From: an uncultured Gemmatimonadales bacterium | GTDB lineage: Bacteria; Gemmatimonadota; Gemmatimonadetes; Gemmatimonadales; GWC2-71-9 | Assembly (NCBI GenBank): GCA_963730185.1 | Contig: CAVSQW010000001.1 | Span: forward strand, 32,001 to 96,000 | Direction: 5' to 3' | Length of the DNA stretch: 64,000 nt | Shown here: positions 10,847 through 20,300 of the stretch, piece by piece | How the letters are laid out: every line of letters begins with the position of its first letter | Position numbering within the stretch: position 1 is the first letter of the stretch | Notes under the pieces: model-generated | The model's input: the letters and a program-made list of their open reading frames with translations, nothing else | Database searches by the model: none | What the model was told of the DNA's origin: nothing | Program-made: the position numbers and the translations under genes

Positions 10847-12904
10847 TTACGGGATCGGCTTGTCCTTGGTGCGGTACTTCTCGAACCATTGTTGCCGCAG
10901 CGACAACACCCGCATGGTGTTGGACGGGCGGTTGAAGTAGGCGTGCCACTCGTCGGCGAGACGCACCATCACGGTCGGGACTTTGAGGATCTTGAGGGCC
11001 TGGTAGTACTCCTCGGTCTGCGCGATCGGCGTCCGGAGGTCCTTCTCACCGGTGATCAGCATGGTCGGCGTCTTGACGTGGCCGACGTACATCAGCGGCG
11101 AGCGCCGGAGGTGCTCCGACGGATCGTCCCAGGGAAGCTTGGCGAAATTCCGGTACCAGCCGGCCCCATCGGTGGTGCCCACAAACGAGAGCCAGTCGAT
11201 GACCGGGCACTCCGAGGAGGCTGCCGCGAACCGATCGGTGTGGCCGACGGTCCAGGCGGTGAGCACCCCGCCACCGCTGCAGCCGTAGACGAACATGTTC
11301 TTGGGGTCGACGTATCCGCGGCCGATCACGGTGTCGACGCCCGCCATCAGGTCGTCGAAGTCCTTGCCCGGGTAGGCGTTTTTGATCGCGTTCCCGAAGG
11401 CGCTCCCGTATCCGGAGCTGCCCCGCGGGTTGGTGTAGAGCACCACGTAGCCCTGGTCGGCGTAATACTGCCACTCGAACCACATGTAGAAGGTGGCGAC
11501 CGAGAACATCCCGTGGGGGCCGCCGTGGATCGAGAGGATCAAGGGATACTTCTTCCGGGGGTCGAAGTCGGGCGGCTTGATCACCCACCCTTGAATCTTG
11601 AGTCCGTCGGCGGAGGGATAGGTGATCTCCTCGGTCGTGCCCAGCGCCTTGCCGGCCAGGAGGTCGGCGTTGAGCTCGGTGAGCTGGGTGATCCGGCCCG
11701 TCTTGGGGTCGACCGTCACCACGTCGCCGGGATCGGTGGGGGTGGCCCGGACCCCGACGGCGACCCCATTGGCCGACAGGCCCATCACCGTGAGGTAGTG
11801 GTCTCCCCGGGTCACCTGGTGGACCTGACCGCCGAGCGTCGCGAAGAAGAGATCGCTCCGGCCTCCGTGGTCGGCGCTGAAGTAGACGCCGCTGCCGTCG
11901 GGCGCCCAGAGCAGGTTCTCCGGCGACCGATCGAGGCCGCCCGAAATCGCTTTTGGTCCCGAACCGTCGAGGCCCATCACGTAGAGCTGGTTGGCGAGGT
12001 AGGTGTCGTCGGTCCAGTCGTAGCCCAGGTATGCCACCTGCTTCCCGTCGGGCGAGACCACCGGGTCGAAGTCGGGGCCGTGACGCCGGGTCAGCTGCCG
12101 GACCGCCCCGCTCTGGACGTTCACCGCGTAGATCTCAGATTCCCGCCACTGATAGACGGCATCCGGCACCCGGAGGCTCGAGAAGAGGAGCTCGCGGCCG
12201 TCCGCACTCCAGGCCGGCGCCCCCGCGTTCCAGTCGCCGGTGGTGATCTGTCGGGGAGTGCCGCCGGTGGCCGGCACCACGAAGAGCTGGGTGTAACCGT
12301 CGTCGACGTAGCCGACGTGATCCTGGCGATAGTCGAGCCGGTCCACGATCTTGGGCTCCGCCACCCAGTCGGCGCCGGCCGGCCGGCCGGGGAGCTTGGC
12401 GCTCATCGGGGGAGCCGAAGGAACCCGCATGGTGAACGCGATGGACCGCCCGTCGGGCGACCAGGCCAGTGACCCCGGACCCCGCTCCCCGCGGGTGATC
12501 TGAGTCACGGCGCCCTCGTCGTCCATCCAGCGCACGAAGATCTGGCCACCGCTTGGCTCCCCTTTCGCGACGTAGGCGATTCGGGTGCCGTCGGGGGACC
12601 AGGCCGCGCTCCAGGCGTCGGCCAGCCATCGGTTCCGGGTGCCGTCGGCGTTCATCAGCCAGAGGGCGCCCGTCCACTCGTCGTGCATCTTGTCGACGCT
12701 GATCCGGGTGTAGACGATCCGGCGGCCGTCGGGTGAGACCACCGGCCCGCCACCTCGGAAGAAGTCGCGCGGCACCTCGTACTCCAGGAAATCGGCCAAG
12801 CCGAGCCGATCGGTGGCCGCGGGGGGGGACTGGCCGTGGGCGGGGGCGGTGACCAGTCCGAGGAGCACGGCGGCGAGACCGATCCGGGTCGAGCGGGGCA
12901 TCAT
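10847..12904 (-). CDS. Secreted S9 family peptidase (WD40/PD40 propeller + alpha/beta hydrolase)
   Basis: Signal peptide; repeated WSPDG; IHGGPH, NPRGSSGYG, nucleophile GCSGGG, D in GEKDLR, H in EWH. Confidence 0.92.
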   Translation of the reverse strand: MMPRSTRIGLAAVLLGLVTAPAHGQSPPAATDRLGLADFLEYEVPRDFFRGGGPVVSPDGRRIVYTRISVDKMHDEWTGALWLMNADGTRNRWLADAWSAAWSPDGTRIAYVAKGEPSGGQIFVRWMDDEGAVTQITRGERGPGSLAWSPDGRSIAFTMRVPSAPPMSAKLPGRPAGADWVAEPKIVDRLDYRQDHVGYVDDGYTQLFVVPATGGTPRQITTGDWNAGAPAWSADGRELLFSSLRVPDAVYQWRESEIYAVNVQSGAVRQLTRRHGPDFDPVVSPDGKQVAYLGYDWTDDTYLANQLYVMGLDGSGPKAISGGLDRSPENLLWAPDGSGVYFSADHGGRSDLFFATLGGQVHQVTRGDHYLTVMGLSANGVAVGVRATPTDPGDVVTVDPKTGRITQLTELNADLLAGKALGTTEEITYPSADGLKIQGWVIKPPDFDPRKKYPLILSIHGGPHGMFSVATFYMWFEWQYYADQGYVVLYTNPRGSSGYGSAFGNAIKNAYPGKDFDDLMAGVDTVIGRGYVDPKNMFVYGCSGGGVLTAWTVGHTDRFAAASSECPVIDWLSFVGTTDGAGWYRNFAKLPWDDPSEHLRRSPLMYVGHVKTPTMLITGEKDLRTPIAQTEEYYQALKILKVPTVMVRLADEWHAYFNRPSNTMRVLSLRQQWFEKYRTKDKPIP

Positions 12905-12925
12905 GGGACCCTCTGGCGTTCGGGT

Positions 12926-12949
12926 TTCGTATCCAATATTGTATGCGAA
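12926..12949. promoter_or_regulatory. Tandem GntR/VanR-like operator boxes
   Basis: TTCGTATCCAAT|ATTGTATGCGAA: AT-rich 24-bp near-palindrome between divergent hydrolase genes. Confidence 0.55.
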
Positions 12950-13025
12950 TCTGGTGGGGCCGCCACTGTCGCCTGGCCGGCTGCCGGATTTCACTCGTTC
13001 GTCACTCCTGGCAAGGATGTGTGTT

Positions 13026-14555
13026 ATGAGACGTCGGTCCTGGCTGTTCGCTTCGACGCTCGCCCTCGTCGCCGTCGCCGCTCCCAGGCTAGGCCTGGCA
13101 CAGCGGCGCGGTGCCACCCCCGATCTTTCCAGCATCGACCCCGTCGTCACTTCGATGATGGCGGAATGGCACGTACCCGGCCTGGCATTGGGTGTCATCA
13201 AGGACGGGAAGGTCATCTACGCCAAAGGCTACGGCTATCGCGACGTGGAGCAGAAGCTCCCGGTGACCCCGCGGACGCTGATGGCGATCGGCTCGAACAG
13301 CAAGTCGTTCACCACGGTCATCCTGGGGATGCTGATCGACCAGAAGAAGCTGGCCTGGGACACCCCGGTGATCAGCTACCTGCCCGACTTCAAGCTGATG
13401 GACGACTACGCCACCAAGCACATGACGCCCCGCGATCTGGTGTCGCACCGCTCGGGGCTGCCCCGTCACGACCTGCTCTGGTACGGACGGCACTTCACCC
13501 GGAAGGAGCTCTACGACCGGCTCCGCTACCTCGAGCCGAGCGCCTCGTTCCGGGCCATCTGGCAGTATCAGAACCTGATGTTCATGACAGCCGGCTATCT
13601 CGAGGAGCAGCTCACCGGCCGGTCCTGGGACGATCTCGTGAAGAGCTGGATCTTCACGCCCCTCGGCATGACCCGGTCGCTGACGTCGATCAACGGGATG
13701 ACCAACGCCGACGACTTCGCCCGGGCCTACGGGTACAGCGACTCGGCCGTGGTCCGGATCCCCTACCGGAACATCGATCAGGTCGGGCCGGCCGGGTCGA
13801 TCAACTCGAGCGTGGAGGACATGCTCAAGTACGTGCAGTTCCGGCTCGATCTCGGGGAAGCGGGCGGCCACCAGCTGCTCTCCCAGACCGAGGCCCGGGA
13901 GATGCAGAAGCCGCAGATGGTGATCGGGGCCGCGGCCGATGCGCTCTGGGGCGGCTTCGACATGATCGACTACGGTCTTGGCGTGGCTACCGGCGTCTAT
14001 CGCGGTCATCACGCCGTGATCCACGGCGGTGGGATCGACGGGTTCATCTCTCAGATGTCCTGGCTGCCGGACGATCACATCGGTCTGGTGGTGCTCTCCA
14101 ATCAGGGCGCCAACAATCCGATCCCGACGCTGATCGCCAAGGCGTTGTACGACCGGGTGCTCGGTCTCACTCCGATCGACTGGGCCGCCCGGCAGCGGGA
14201 GATGGATCAGGCCAACGCCAAGCGGGCCGCGGCCCAGAAGGCCAAGCTTGCGGCCGAGCGGAAGCCCGGCACGTCGCCCAGCCACCCGCTGGCCGATTAC
14301 GCGGGTTCCTACGTCAATCAGGGTTACGGTACTTTGGTGATCCGCCTGACGGACGGCCATCTCGAGGCCCAGCTCGATGACGTCGGCGGGAGGTTGGAGC
14401 ACTATCACTACGACGTCTTCCAGCTGACCGGCACGGATGGCGGCCCCTCGCTCAGCGGCCTGGCCGAGTTCCGAACCAACACCCGGGGCGAGGTCGCCGA
14501 GATCGCCGTGCCGCTGGAGCCAAGCGTCGCGCCGATCGTCTTCGTCAAGCAGTAG
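13026..14555 (+). CDS. Secreted serine hydrolase, beta-lactamase/S12 family with DUF3471-like tail
   Basis: Signal peptide; SxxK (SNSK), LVSHRSG, YxN (YQN), HGG; C-terminal YAGSY.NQGYG...LEHYHYDVF. Confidence 0.9.
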   Translation: MRRRSWLFASTLALVAVAAPRLGLAQRRGATPDLSSIDPVVTSMMAEWHVPGLALGVIKDGKVIYAKGYGYRDVEQKLPVTPRTLMAIGSNSKSFTTVILGMLIDQKKLAWDTPVISYLPDFKLMDDYATKHMTPRDLVSHRSGLPRHDLLWYGRHFTRKELYDRLRYLEPSASFRAIWQYQNLMFMTAGYLEEQLTGRSWDDLVKSWIFTPLGMTRSLTSINGMTNADDFARAYGYSDSAVVRIPYRNIDQVGPAGSINSSVEDMLKYVQFRLDLGEAGGHQLLSQTEAREMQKPQMVIGAAADALWGGFDMIDYGLGVATGVYRGHHAVIHGGGIDGFISQMSWLPDDHIGLVVLSNQGANNPIPTLIAKALYDRVLGLTPIDWAARQREMDQANAKRAAAQKAKLAAERKPGTSPSHPLADYAGSYVNQGYGTLVIRLTDGHLEAQLDDVGGRLEHYHYDVFQLTGTDGGPSLSGLAEFRTNTRGEVAEIAVPLEPSVAPIVFVKQ

Positions 14556-14628
14556 CCGCCGCCGCTCGGGGGCCGGTCGGTTTACTTTTCGGGAAAGCCA
14601 ACTCTCTCTCGCCAACAGGAGGATCGAC

Positions 14629-14895
14629 ATGGCCACCCGAACCCGGAAGACGACCAAGGCCGTCGCCAAGCGCGCCAAGAAGGCGGTGGGCAAGGCCCGA
14701 AAGACCACCCGCAAGCTCGCCAAGTCCGCGCGAACGCGGGCGGGCAAGGCAGTGAAGAAGACCAAGGCCGCCGCCCGCAAGGTCGCCAAGAAGGTCAAGA
14801 GCTCTCGCAAGGCCAAGGTGGCCTTGGCGGCCACCGGAGTCGCCGCGGTGGCCGTTGCGGGTCTGGCGGCGCGGCGCGCTCGCAGGGGCAAGTAG
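14629..14895 (+). CDS. Small Lys/Arg/Ala-rich histone-H1-like protein with C-terminal hydrophobic anchor
   Basis: RBS AGGAGG; 88 aa, 33 K+R, no D/E; residues 64-81 VALAATGVAAVAVAGLAA then RRARRGK. Confidence 0.8.
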   Translation: MATRTRKTTKAVAKRAKKAVGKARKTTRKLAKSARTRAGKAVKKTKAAARKVAKKVKSSRKAKVALAATGVAAVAVAGLAARRARRGK

Positions 14896-15053
14896 CGGCT
14901 TTGGGGGAGCGGGCCGAGCCCGGCTCGCTCCGTCCCGAAGCGCCCATCCCCCCACTCCCCCAAACGGTCACCGTCGCGCGTCTCCGCCCCCCGTCGCCAT
15001 CGGCGGGTCGGGGGCGTACATTCGGGAAGACGGTCAATCGGCAGGGAGAGGCG

Positions 15054-15287
15054 ATGGCGCATCGCAAGTTCACCGACCGTGATGGTCGGGAGTGGGAGGT
15101 CCGGGCCGAGACCCGGCGGGAGTGGCTGCTCGAGCCGGTCGGGGAGAACACCGAGCGGCGCCGCAACGTGGCCGCTCCCGGGTACGAGAAGGATCCCTTC
15201 GAGCTGAGTCAGGAAGAGCTCCAGCACTTGCTGGACGGCGGGGACGCCGGGTCGCGCCGGGCGGTCAGGTCGCCGTTCAAGGACTGA
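15054..15287 (+). CDS. Hypothetical small protein (77 aa)
   Basis: RBS GGGAGAGG; MAHRKFTDRDGREWEV...LSQEELQHLL; good codon usage. Confidence 0.7.
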   Translation: MAHRKFTDRDGREWEVRAETRREWLLEPVGENTERRRNVAAPGYEKDPFELSQEELQHLLDGGDAGSRRAVRSPFKD

Positions 15288-15331
15288 GGCTGTTGAACGG
15301 GCCTCCGCACCGAGGCCACGAGGGTGCCAGA

Positions 15332-15535
15332 ATGGCCCGCATGCTATCTCCCTTTGTCGCGCTCTACCTGCTGATGCAGCTGGCGCTTCTGCCCCATGTG
15401 CTCACCGAGCGGGCCCGGGCCGCGCGGGCGCGAGCCGCGGCCGATTCGACCGCCGTCGCGGCGCGCGGGGACAGTCTCCGGGTGGCGCCGTTCCTCGCCG
15501 ACCCGGTTGAGCCGGCGGTCCCATCCCGGCGGTAG
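15332..15535 (+). CDS. Possible small membrane/secreted protein
   Basis: MARMLSPFVALYLLMQLALLPHVL hydrophobic N-terminus; fills the gap; no family motif. Confidence 0.35.
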   Translation: MARMLSPFVALYLLMQLALLPHVLTERARAARARAAADSTAVAARGDSLRVAPFLADPVEPAVPSRR

Positions 15536-15569
15536 CCCTGCCGGCCCTCAACCCGGAGCGACGTCCCGC

Positions 15570-16427
15570 GTGATCGGCATCATCGGCGGCAGCGGACTCT
15601 ATCAGATCGAAGGCCTCGAGCACCCCACCTGGACCCGGGTAGTGACCCCGTTCGGGGATCCCTCGGACGAGATCCTCCGAGGCGAGCTCGGGGGCGTGCC
15701 GGTGGCCTTTCTGCCCCGGCACGCCCGGGGGCATCGGGTCTCGCCGACCGAGATCAACTTCCGGGCGAACATTCACGCCCTCAAACAGCTCGGCGTCCGC
15801 GACGTGATCTCCCTCTCGGCGGTCGGGTCGCTCGAGGAGCGGCTCGCGCCGGGCACCTTCGTGATCGTCGACCAGTTCGTGGACCGGACCTTCGCTCGGG
15901 AGAAGACCTTCTTCGGCGATGGACTGGCGGCGCACGTATCGATGGCCGATCCGGTCTGTCGCCGCTTGGGCGCTGCGCTCGAGACGGCCGCGACCGAGCT
16001 CCGGCTCGACCACGTGCGAGGTGGCAGCTATCTGGTGATGGAAGGACCGCAGTTCTCGACCCGGGCCGAGTCGGAGCTCTACCGGACGTGGGGCCTCTCC
16101 GTCATCGGGATGACCAACATGCCCGAGGCCAAGCTGGCTCGCGAGGCCGAGCTCTGTTACGCCACCGTGGCGATGGTGACTGACTACGACTGCTGGCATC
16201 AGGCGCACGACCATGTGACGGTCGATCAGGTGATCGCGGTGCTGAACGGCAATGCCGCCCGGGCCCGCGACCTGGTCCGGCGGGTGGTGCCGATGCTGCG
16301 CGACCATCCCGCGGCCTGCCCGGCGGGCTGCGACCACGCGCTCGACGCCGCGATCATCACCCCACCGGCGGCTCGCGACCCGGCCGCCCTCGACCGCCTG
16401 CGGACCATCGCGGGCCGAGTGCTATGA
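15570..16427 (+). CDS. mtnP: S-methyl-5'-thioadenosine phosphorylase
   Basis: IGIIGGSG, FLPRHARGH, NFRANI, SAVGSL, MEGPQFSTRAES, IGMTNMPEAKLAREAE, VTDYDCW; start codon approximate. Confidence 0.92.
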   Translation: MIGIIGGSGLYQIEGLEHPTWTRVVTPFGDPSDEILRGELGGVPVAFLPRHARGHRVSPTEINFRANIHALKQLGVRDVISLSAVGSLEERLAPGTFVIVDQFVDRTFAREKTFFGDGLAAHVSMADPVCRRLGAALETAATELRLDHVRGGSYLVMEGPQFSTRAESELYRTWGLSVIGMTNMPEAKLAREAELCYATVAMVTDYDCWHQAHDHVTVDQVIAVLNGNAARARDLVRRVVPMLRDHPAACPAGCDHALDAAIITPPAARDPAALDRLRTIAGRVL

Positions 16428-16954
16428 CCGATCTCAAGCGCCTGATCCGGACCATCCCCGACTATCCCAAGCCCGGGATCCTGTTTCGCGACATCACGAC
16501 CTTGCTGGCGGACGGGCCGGGATTCCGGCGGGTGATCACCTCGTTCGCCGAGCGGTACGCCGATCGGAAGGTGGACAAAGTGGCCGGGATCGAGGCCCGC
16601 GGCTTCATCCTGGGCGGCGCCCTCGCGGAGCGACTCCACGTCGGGTTCATCCCGATCCGCAAGAAGGGCAAGCTGCCGTTCGAGGTCGTCGGGCACGACT
16701 ACCAGCTCGAGTACGGCACCGACCGGGTCGAGATCCATCGCGACGCGGTCCGCCCGGGTGAACGGGTGGTGCTGATTGACGATCTGGTGGCGACCGGCGG
16801 GACCGCGATGGCCGGAGCGACCTTGCTCCGCTCCCTTGGGGCCGACATCATCGAGGCGTGCTTCGTGATCGACTTGCCCGACCTAGGTGGTCGGACGAAG
16901 ATCGAGGCAGACGGGTGCCCCACGTTCGCGCTGGTCGCGTTCGAGGGACACTGA
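16424..16954 (+). CDS. apt: Adenine phosphoribosyltransferase
   Basis: IPDYPKPGILFRDITT, EARGF, RKKGKLP, LEYG, PRPP loop IDDLVATGGT. Confidence 0.96.
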   Translation: MTDLKRLIRTIPDYPKPGILFRDITTLLADGPGFRRVITSFAERYADRKVDKVAGIEARGFILGGALAERLHVGFIPIRKKGKLPFEVVGHDYQLEYGTDRVEIHRDAVRPGERVVLIDDLVATGGTAMAGATLLRSLGADIIEACFVIDLPDLGGRTKIEADGCPTFALVAFEGH

Positions 16955-16960
16955 GACCAT

Positions 16961-16992
16961 GACGGGCGGACGGGCCGACGGACGGACGGATC
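16961..16992 (+). repeat. Four degenerate tandem octamers GACGG(G/A)(C/T)(G/C)
   Basis: GACGGGCG GACGGGCC GACGGACG GACGGATC immediately before the mtnA ATG. Confidence 0.75.
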
Positions 16993-16993
16993 G

Positions 16994-18031
16994 ATGAAGG
17001 TCGGCGGTCGGTGGTATCGAACCATCTGGGTCGAGGATGACGGGTGGACCGTCGCGATCGTCGATCAGACCCGGTTGCCGGGGGCGTTCGAGGTGCTGCG
17101 GCTGACCACTCTGGACGAGGCGGCGCACGCGATCCGGTCGATGCAGGTCCGGGGAGCGCCCCTGATCGGGGTGGCCGCGGCGTACGGCCTGTGCCTCGCC
17201 CTTCGGGCGGACGGGTCCGACGGGGCCCTGGCCCGGGCGATCGGCACACTCGGCGCGACCCGCCCCACGGCGGTGAACCTTCGCTGGGCGCTCGAGCGGA
17301 TGCGGCGGGCGCTCCATCTGGTCCCGCCGGGCGAGCGGGTCGAGCGGGCGTACGCTCAGGCCGCGGCCATGGCCGATCAGGACGTGTCGACCTGCCGGCT
17401 GCTCGGAGAGTTGGGCCTCCGGCTGATCCGCGACCGGCAAGCGGCCCAGGGCGGGCGGGTGAACGTGCTGACCCACTGCAACGCGGGCTGGCTGGCGACG
17501 GTCGACTGGGGAACGGCGCTGGCGCCGGTCTACCTGGCGCACGAGGCGGGCGTGCCGGTCCACGTCTGGGTGGACGAGACCCGGCCCCGAAACCAGGGCC
17601 TCCTCACCGCCTGGGAGCTGGCCCAGCACGGGGTGCCCCACACCGTGATCGTCGACAACGCCGGCGGGCATCTGATGCAGCAGGGACGGGTCGACCTCTG
17701 CCTGGTCGGCACCGACCGGGTGGCGCGGAACGGCGACGTCGCCAACAAGGTCGGCACCTACCTCAAGGCGCTCGCGGCCCGGGAAAGCGGGGTGCCGTTT
17801 TACGTGGCGGCCCCGTCGTCGAGCATCGACTTCCGGCTGCCCGAGGGCGGGGCGATTCCGATCGAGGAGCGTGACGCGGCCGAGTTGGGCCTCGACCCGT
17901 CGGTCCCGGTCCTGAACGTGGCGTTCGACGTGACTCCGGCCCGCCTGGTGACCCGGCTCATTACCGAGCGCGGCGTGTGTCGGCCCACGGCGGCCGAGCT
18001 GGGCCGGCTCTTCCCCGACCGGCTCGACTGA
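16994..18031 (+). CDS. mtnA: S-methyl-5-thioribose-1-phosphate isomerase
   Basis: MQVRGAPLIG, RPTAVNL, LTHCNAGWLATVDWGTA, DETRPRNQG, NKVGTY. Confidence 0.94.
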   Translation: MKVGGRWYRTIWVEDDGWTVAIVDQTRLPGAFEVLRLTTLDEAAHAIRSMQVRGAPLIGVAAAYGLCLALRADGSDGALARAIGTLGATRPTAVNLRWALERMRRALHLVPPGERVERAYAQAAAMADQDVSTCRLLGELGLRLIRDRQAAQGGRVNVLTHCNAGWLATVDWGTALAPVYLAHEAGVPVHVWVDETRPRNQGLLTAWELAQHGVPHTVIVDNAGGHLMQQGRVDLCLVGTDRVARNGDVANKVGTYLKALAARESGVPFYVAAPSSSIDFRLPEGGAIPIEERDAAELGLDPSVPVLNVAFDVTPARLVTRLITERGVCRPTAAELGRLFPDRLD

Positions 18032-18062
18032 CGCTCCGCCCGGCGACGGGTGCCGGGGTCGG

Positions 18063-20045
18063 TCAGATCACCCGGTCGCTGCCGCCGTCGATCGGGATCT
18101 GCGCGCCCGTGGTGCGGCCGAAGGTCGGGCCGGCCAGCGCGACCACCGCCCGGGCCACGTCGTCCGACGTGAGCTCCACCCTGAGCACGTTGTTGATCCG
18201 ATACTCCTCGGCCGTCAGGCCGTAGTGGCGGGCGCGCGCCTCGACCACGGCGTCCGACCAGGCGCCGGTATCGAACACGGCGTGGGGATGCACGACGTTG
18301 ACCCGGACGCCGTCGCCGCCCAGCTCGAGGGCGGCCACCCGGGCCAGCTGAGTCAGGCCGGCCTTGGCCACCGAGTAGGCGCCGGCGCCGGGCCCCGGCG
18401 CGGGCACGTTCTTGGAGGCGACCACCACGATGGCCGGGTCGAAGCCCAACCGGAGGAACGGCGCGGCGGCCCGGATCAGGTGGAGGTGGCTGGTGAGGTT
18501 GAGGTCGAGGCTCCGGTCCCAGATGTCCTGCGCCATCTCCTCCAACCGTTGGCTGGGTGGAAAGACCCCGGCGTTGGTCACGATGATGTCCAGGCCCCCG
18601 AAGCGACGGACCGTCTCGGCCACCGATCCCTCCACCGCGGCGCGATCGGTCGCGTCGACCGTGAGCCCGACCAGACCGGTCCCGCTCAGGCTCGAGCCGA
18701 CCGCCGGATCGATGTCGGTCCCGACCACCGCGGCGCCGGCCGCGGCGAGCGCCTGGGCCGTCGCCCGTCCGATCCCGCTGGCCGCGCCGGTGACGAGCGC
18801 CACCTTGCCGGTCAGCGGCGGCCGAGCCCCGGCTCGCTTGAGCTTGGCCTGCTCCAACTCCCAGTACTCCACCTCGAACAGGTCCTTGGGCGGGAGCGCC
18901 TGCCAGCCGCCCAGCCGCTCGGCCCATTCGATCGCCCGGACCGTGTGCCGAGCCAGGTCCACCACGATGCCGGCGTCCTTGGCGGTGTCGCCGATGCCGA
19001 TCGAGCCCCGGCCCTTCCACACGATCCAGCGCGGCGCGGGGTCGAGCGAGACGTGCTCCGCCCCGGCGTGGTCGCCGTAGTACCGCCGATACCGCTGGAC
19101 GTAGTCCTCGAGGGGCGGAGTCCAAGGGGCCGTGGCCACCAGCGCCAGCGGCTTGGTCCGGATCACGTGGTCGGGAGTGAGCGGGCCCCGGGTGGCGATC
19201 GCGTCGACGTCCGGCCGGGCGGCGAAGGCCCGAGGGCCAGCCGAGCCGTCGAACCGAGCCACCACCGGACGTCCCCGGGTTCGGCCCACCGCCCGGCGGA
19301 GCTCGGCCAGCTGGTGGAGGGCCGCCGGGTCGAGCGGGGCAGGATCGGCGTCGGGCGGGTTACCAACCGCGCCCTGCTCGGCCAGGTAGCGCTCCGCCCG
19401 GCTGACCAGGTCGATCATCCGCTCGTAGCTGGTCCGGGCGTCGGGACCGAAGCTGAACACTCCATGGTTGAGCAGGACGATGCCGTCGAGCGAGCTCCAG
19501 TCCAGGTCTCGGGTCAGCTCCCGGACCGCCCGAGCCAGGACGAAGCCCGGCATGACGTAGGGGACCAGGAGCACCCGGTCGCCGTAGATCGCTCGGATCC
19601 GTTCCGCGCCGGCGGCGGTGTTGCTCACCGCGACGACGGCGTCGGCGTGGGTGTGGTCGACGTAGGCGAAGGGAATGATGGCGTGAAGGATCGCCTCGAC
19701 CGACGGCGTGGGCGCGCCGGGGTCGGTCATCGCGGTGCGCTGGGCGCGGACCATGTCCCCGTCGGTCAGGGCGGGCAGGTCGGCCATCCGGCGGAGCGGC
19801 GCGAGGCGGACCGGGGCGAACCCGGCGGGCTCGATCGTCGCCAGATCCCAGCCGCTTCCCTTGACGTAAATGATCTCCTCGGTGTCACCGAAGAGGTCCG
19901 TGGCGGTGGTCTTGACCGAGGTGTTGCCGCCGCCGTGGAGCACCAGCGATGTCTCGCGGCCGAGCAGTCGGGAGGTGTAGACCCGGAGAGCGAGCGGGGT
20001 GGATCCGAAGGTGGCGGCTTCGGCGTCGCGCCAGAGAGATTTCAT
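18063..20045 (-). CDS. Bifunctional class II aldolase / short-chain dehydrogenase (RhaEW/YuxG-like)
   Basis: N-terminal HGGGNTSVK, KGSG, PSVE, HTH, NHG; C-terminal SDR TGAASGIG, NAG, YSVAK; start MKSLWRDAEA at 20045. Confidence 0.9.
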   Translation of the reverse strand: MKSLWRDAEAATFGSTPLALRVYTSRLLGRETSLVLHGGGNTSVKTTATDLFGDTEEIIYVKGSGWDLATIEPAGFAPVRLAPLRRMADLPALTDGDMVRAQRTAMTDPGAPTPSVEAILHAIIPFAYVDHTHADAVVAVSNTAAGAERIRAIYGDRVLLVPYVMPGFVLARAVRELTRDLDWSSLDGIVLLNHGVFSFGPDARTSYERMIDLVSRAERYLAEQGAVGNPPDADPAPLDPAALHQLAELRRAVGRTRGRPVVARFDGSAGPRAFAARPDVDAIATRGPLTPDHVIRTKPLALVATAPWTPPLEDYVQRYRRYYGDHAGAEHVSLDPAPRWIVWKGRGSIGIGDTAKDAGIVVDLARHTVRAIEWAERLGGWQALPPKDLFEVEYWELEQAKLKRAGARPPLTGKVALVTGAASGIGRATAQALAAAGAAVVGTDIDPAVGSSLSGTGLVGLTVDATDRAAVEGSVAETVRRFGGLDIIVTNAGVFPPSQRLEEMAQDIWDRSLDLNLTSHLHLIRAAAPFLRLGFDPAIVVVASKNVPAPGPGAGAYSVAKAGLTQLARVAALELGGDGVRVNVVHPHAVFDTGAWSDAVVEARARHYGLTAEEYRINNVLRVELTSDDVARAVVALAGPTFGRTTGAQIPIDGGSDRVI

Positions 20046-20300
20046 AGTCGGTAACTTCGCCGCGGGAGCCGGATTTCTGCCAGTCCGCGCGGCCTCGACG
20101 TGCCCGCGGTCCGGAAGGGTCTCATCGTAGGAACAGCAGTTCCTGTCCCCGGCTCGGCTGCTCTTCCAGGGGACCGAAGGGCTCTTCTCGATCTGGAAGG
20201 TGCTGGGCGCGAATTCCCCCGCCCGGGGCCGACCGTCGGCCCGCCTGGCGTTCTCGCTCCCGCGGGATACCATTGGTCGTCCCGAACGGAGTCGCTCCGG

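Noticed and set aside
13026..14555. Beta-lactamase resistance genes (also 34037-35452)
   Set aside because: SxxK/YxN fit the broad S12 serine hydrolase family; HGG instead of KTG and extra C-terminal domains argue against calling true AmpC.
20262..20273. GCGGGATACCAT as a further GntR/VanR box upstream of the D-aminoacylase
   Set aside because: Only a half match with no partner box; could be chance.
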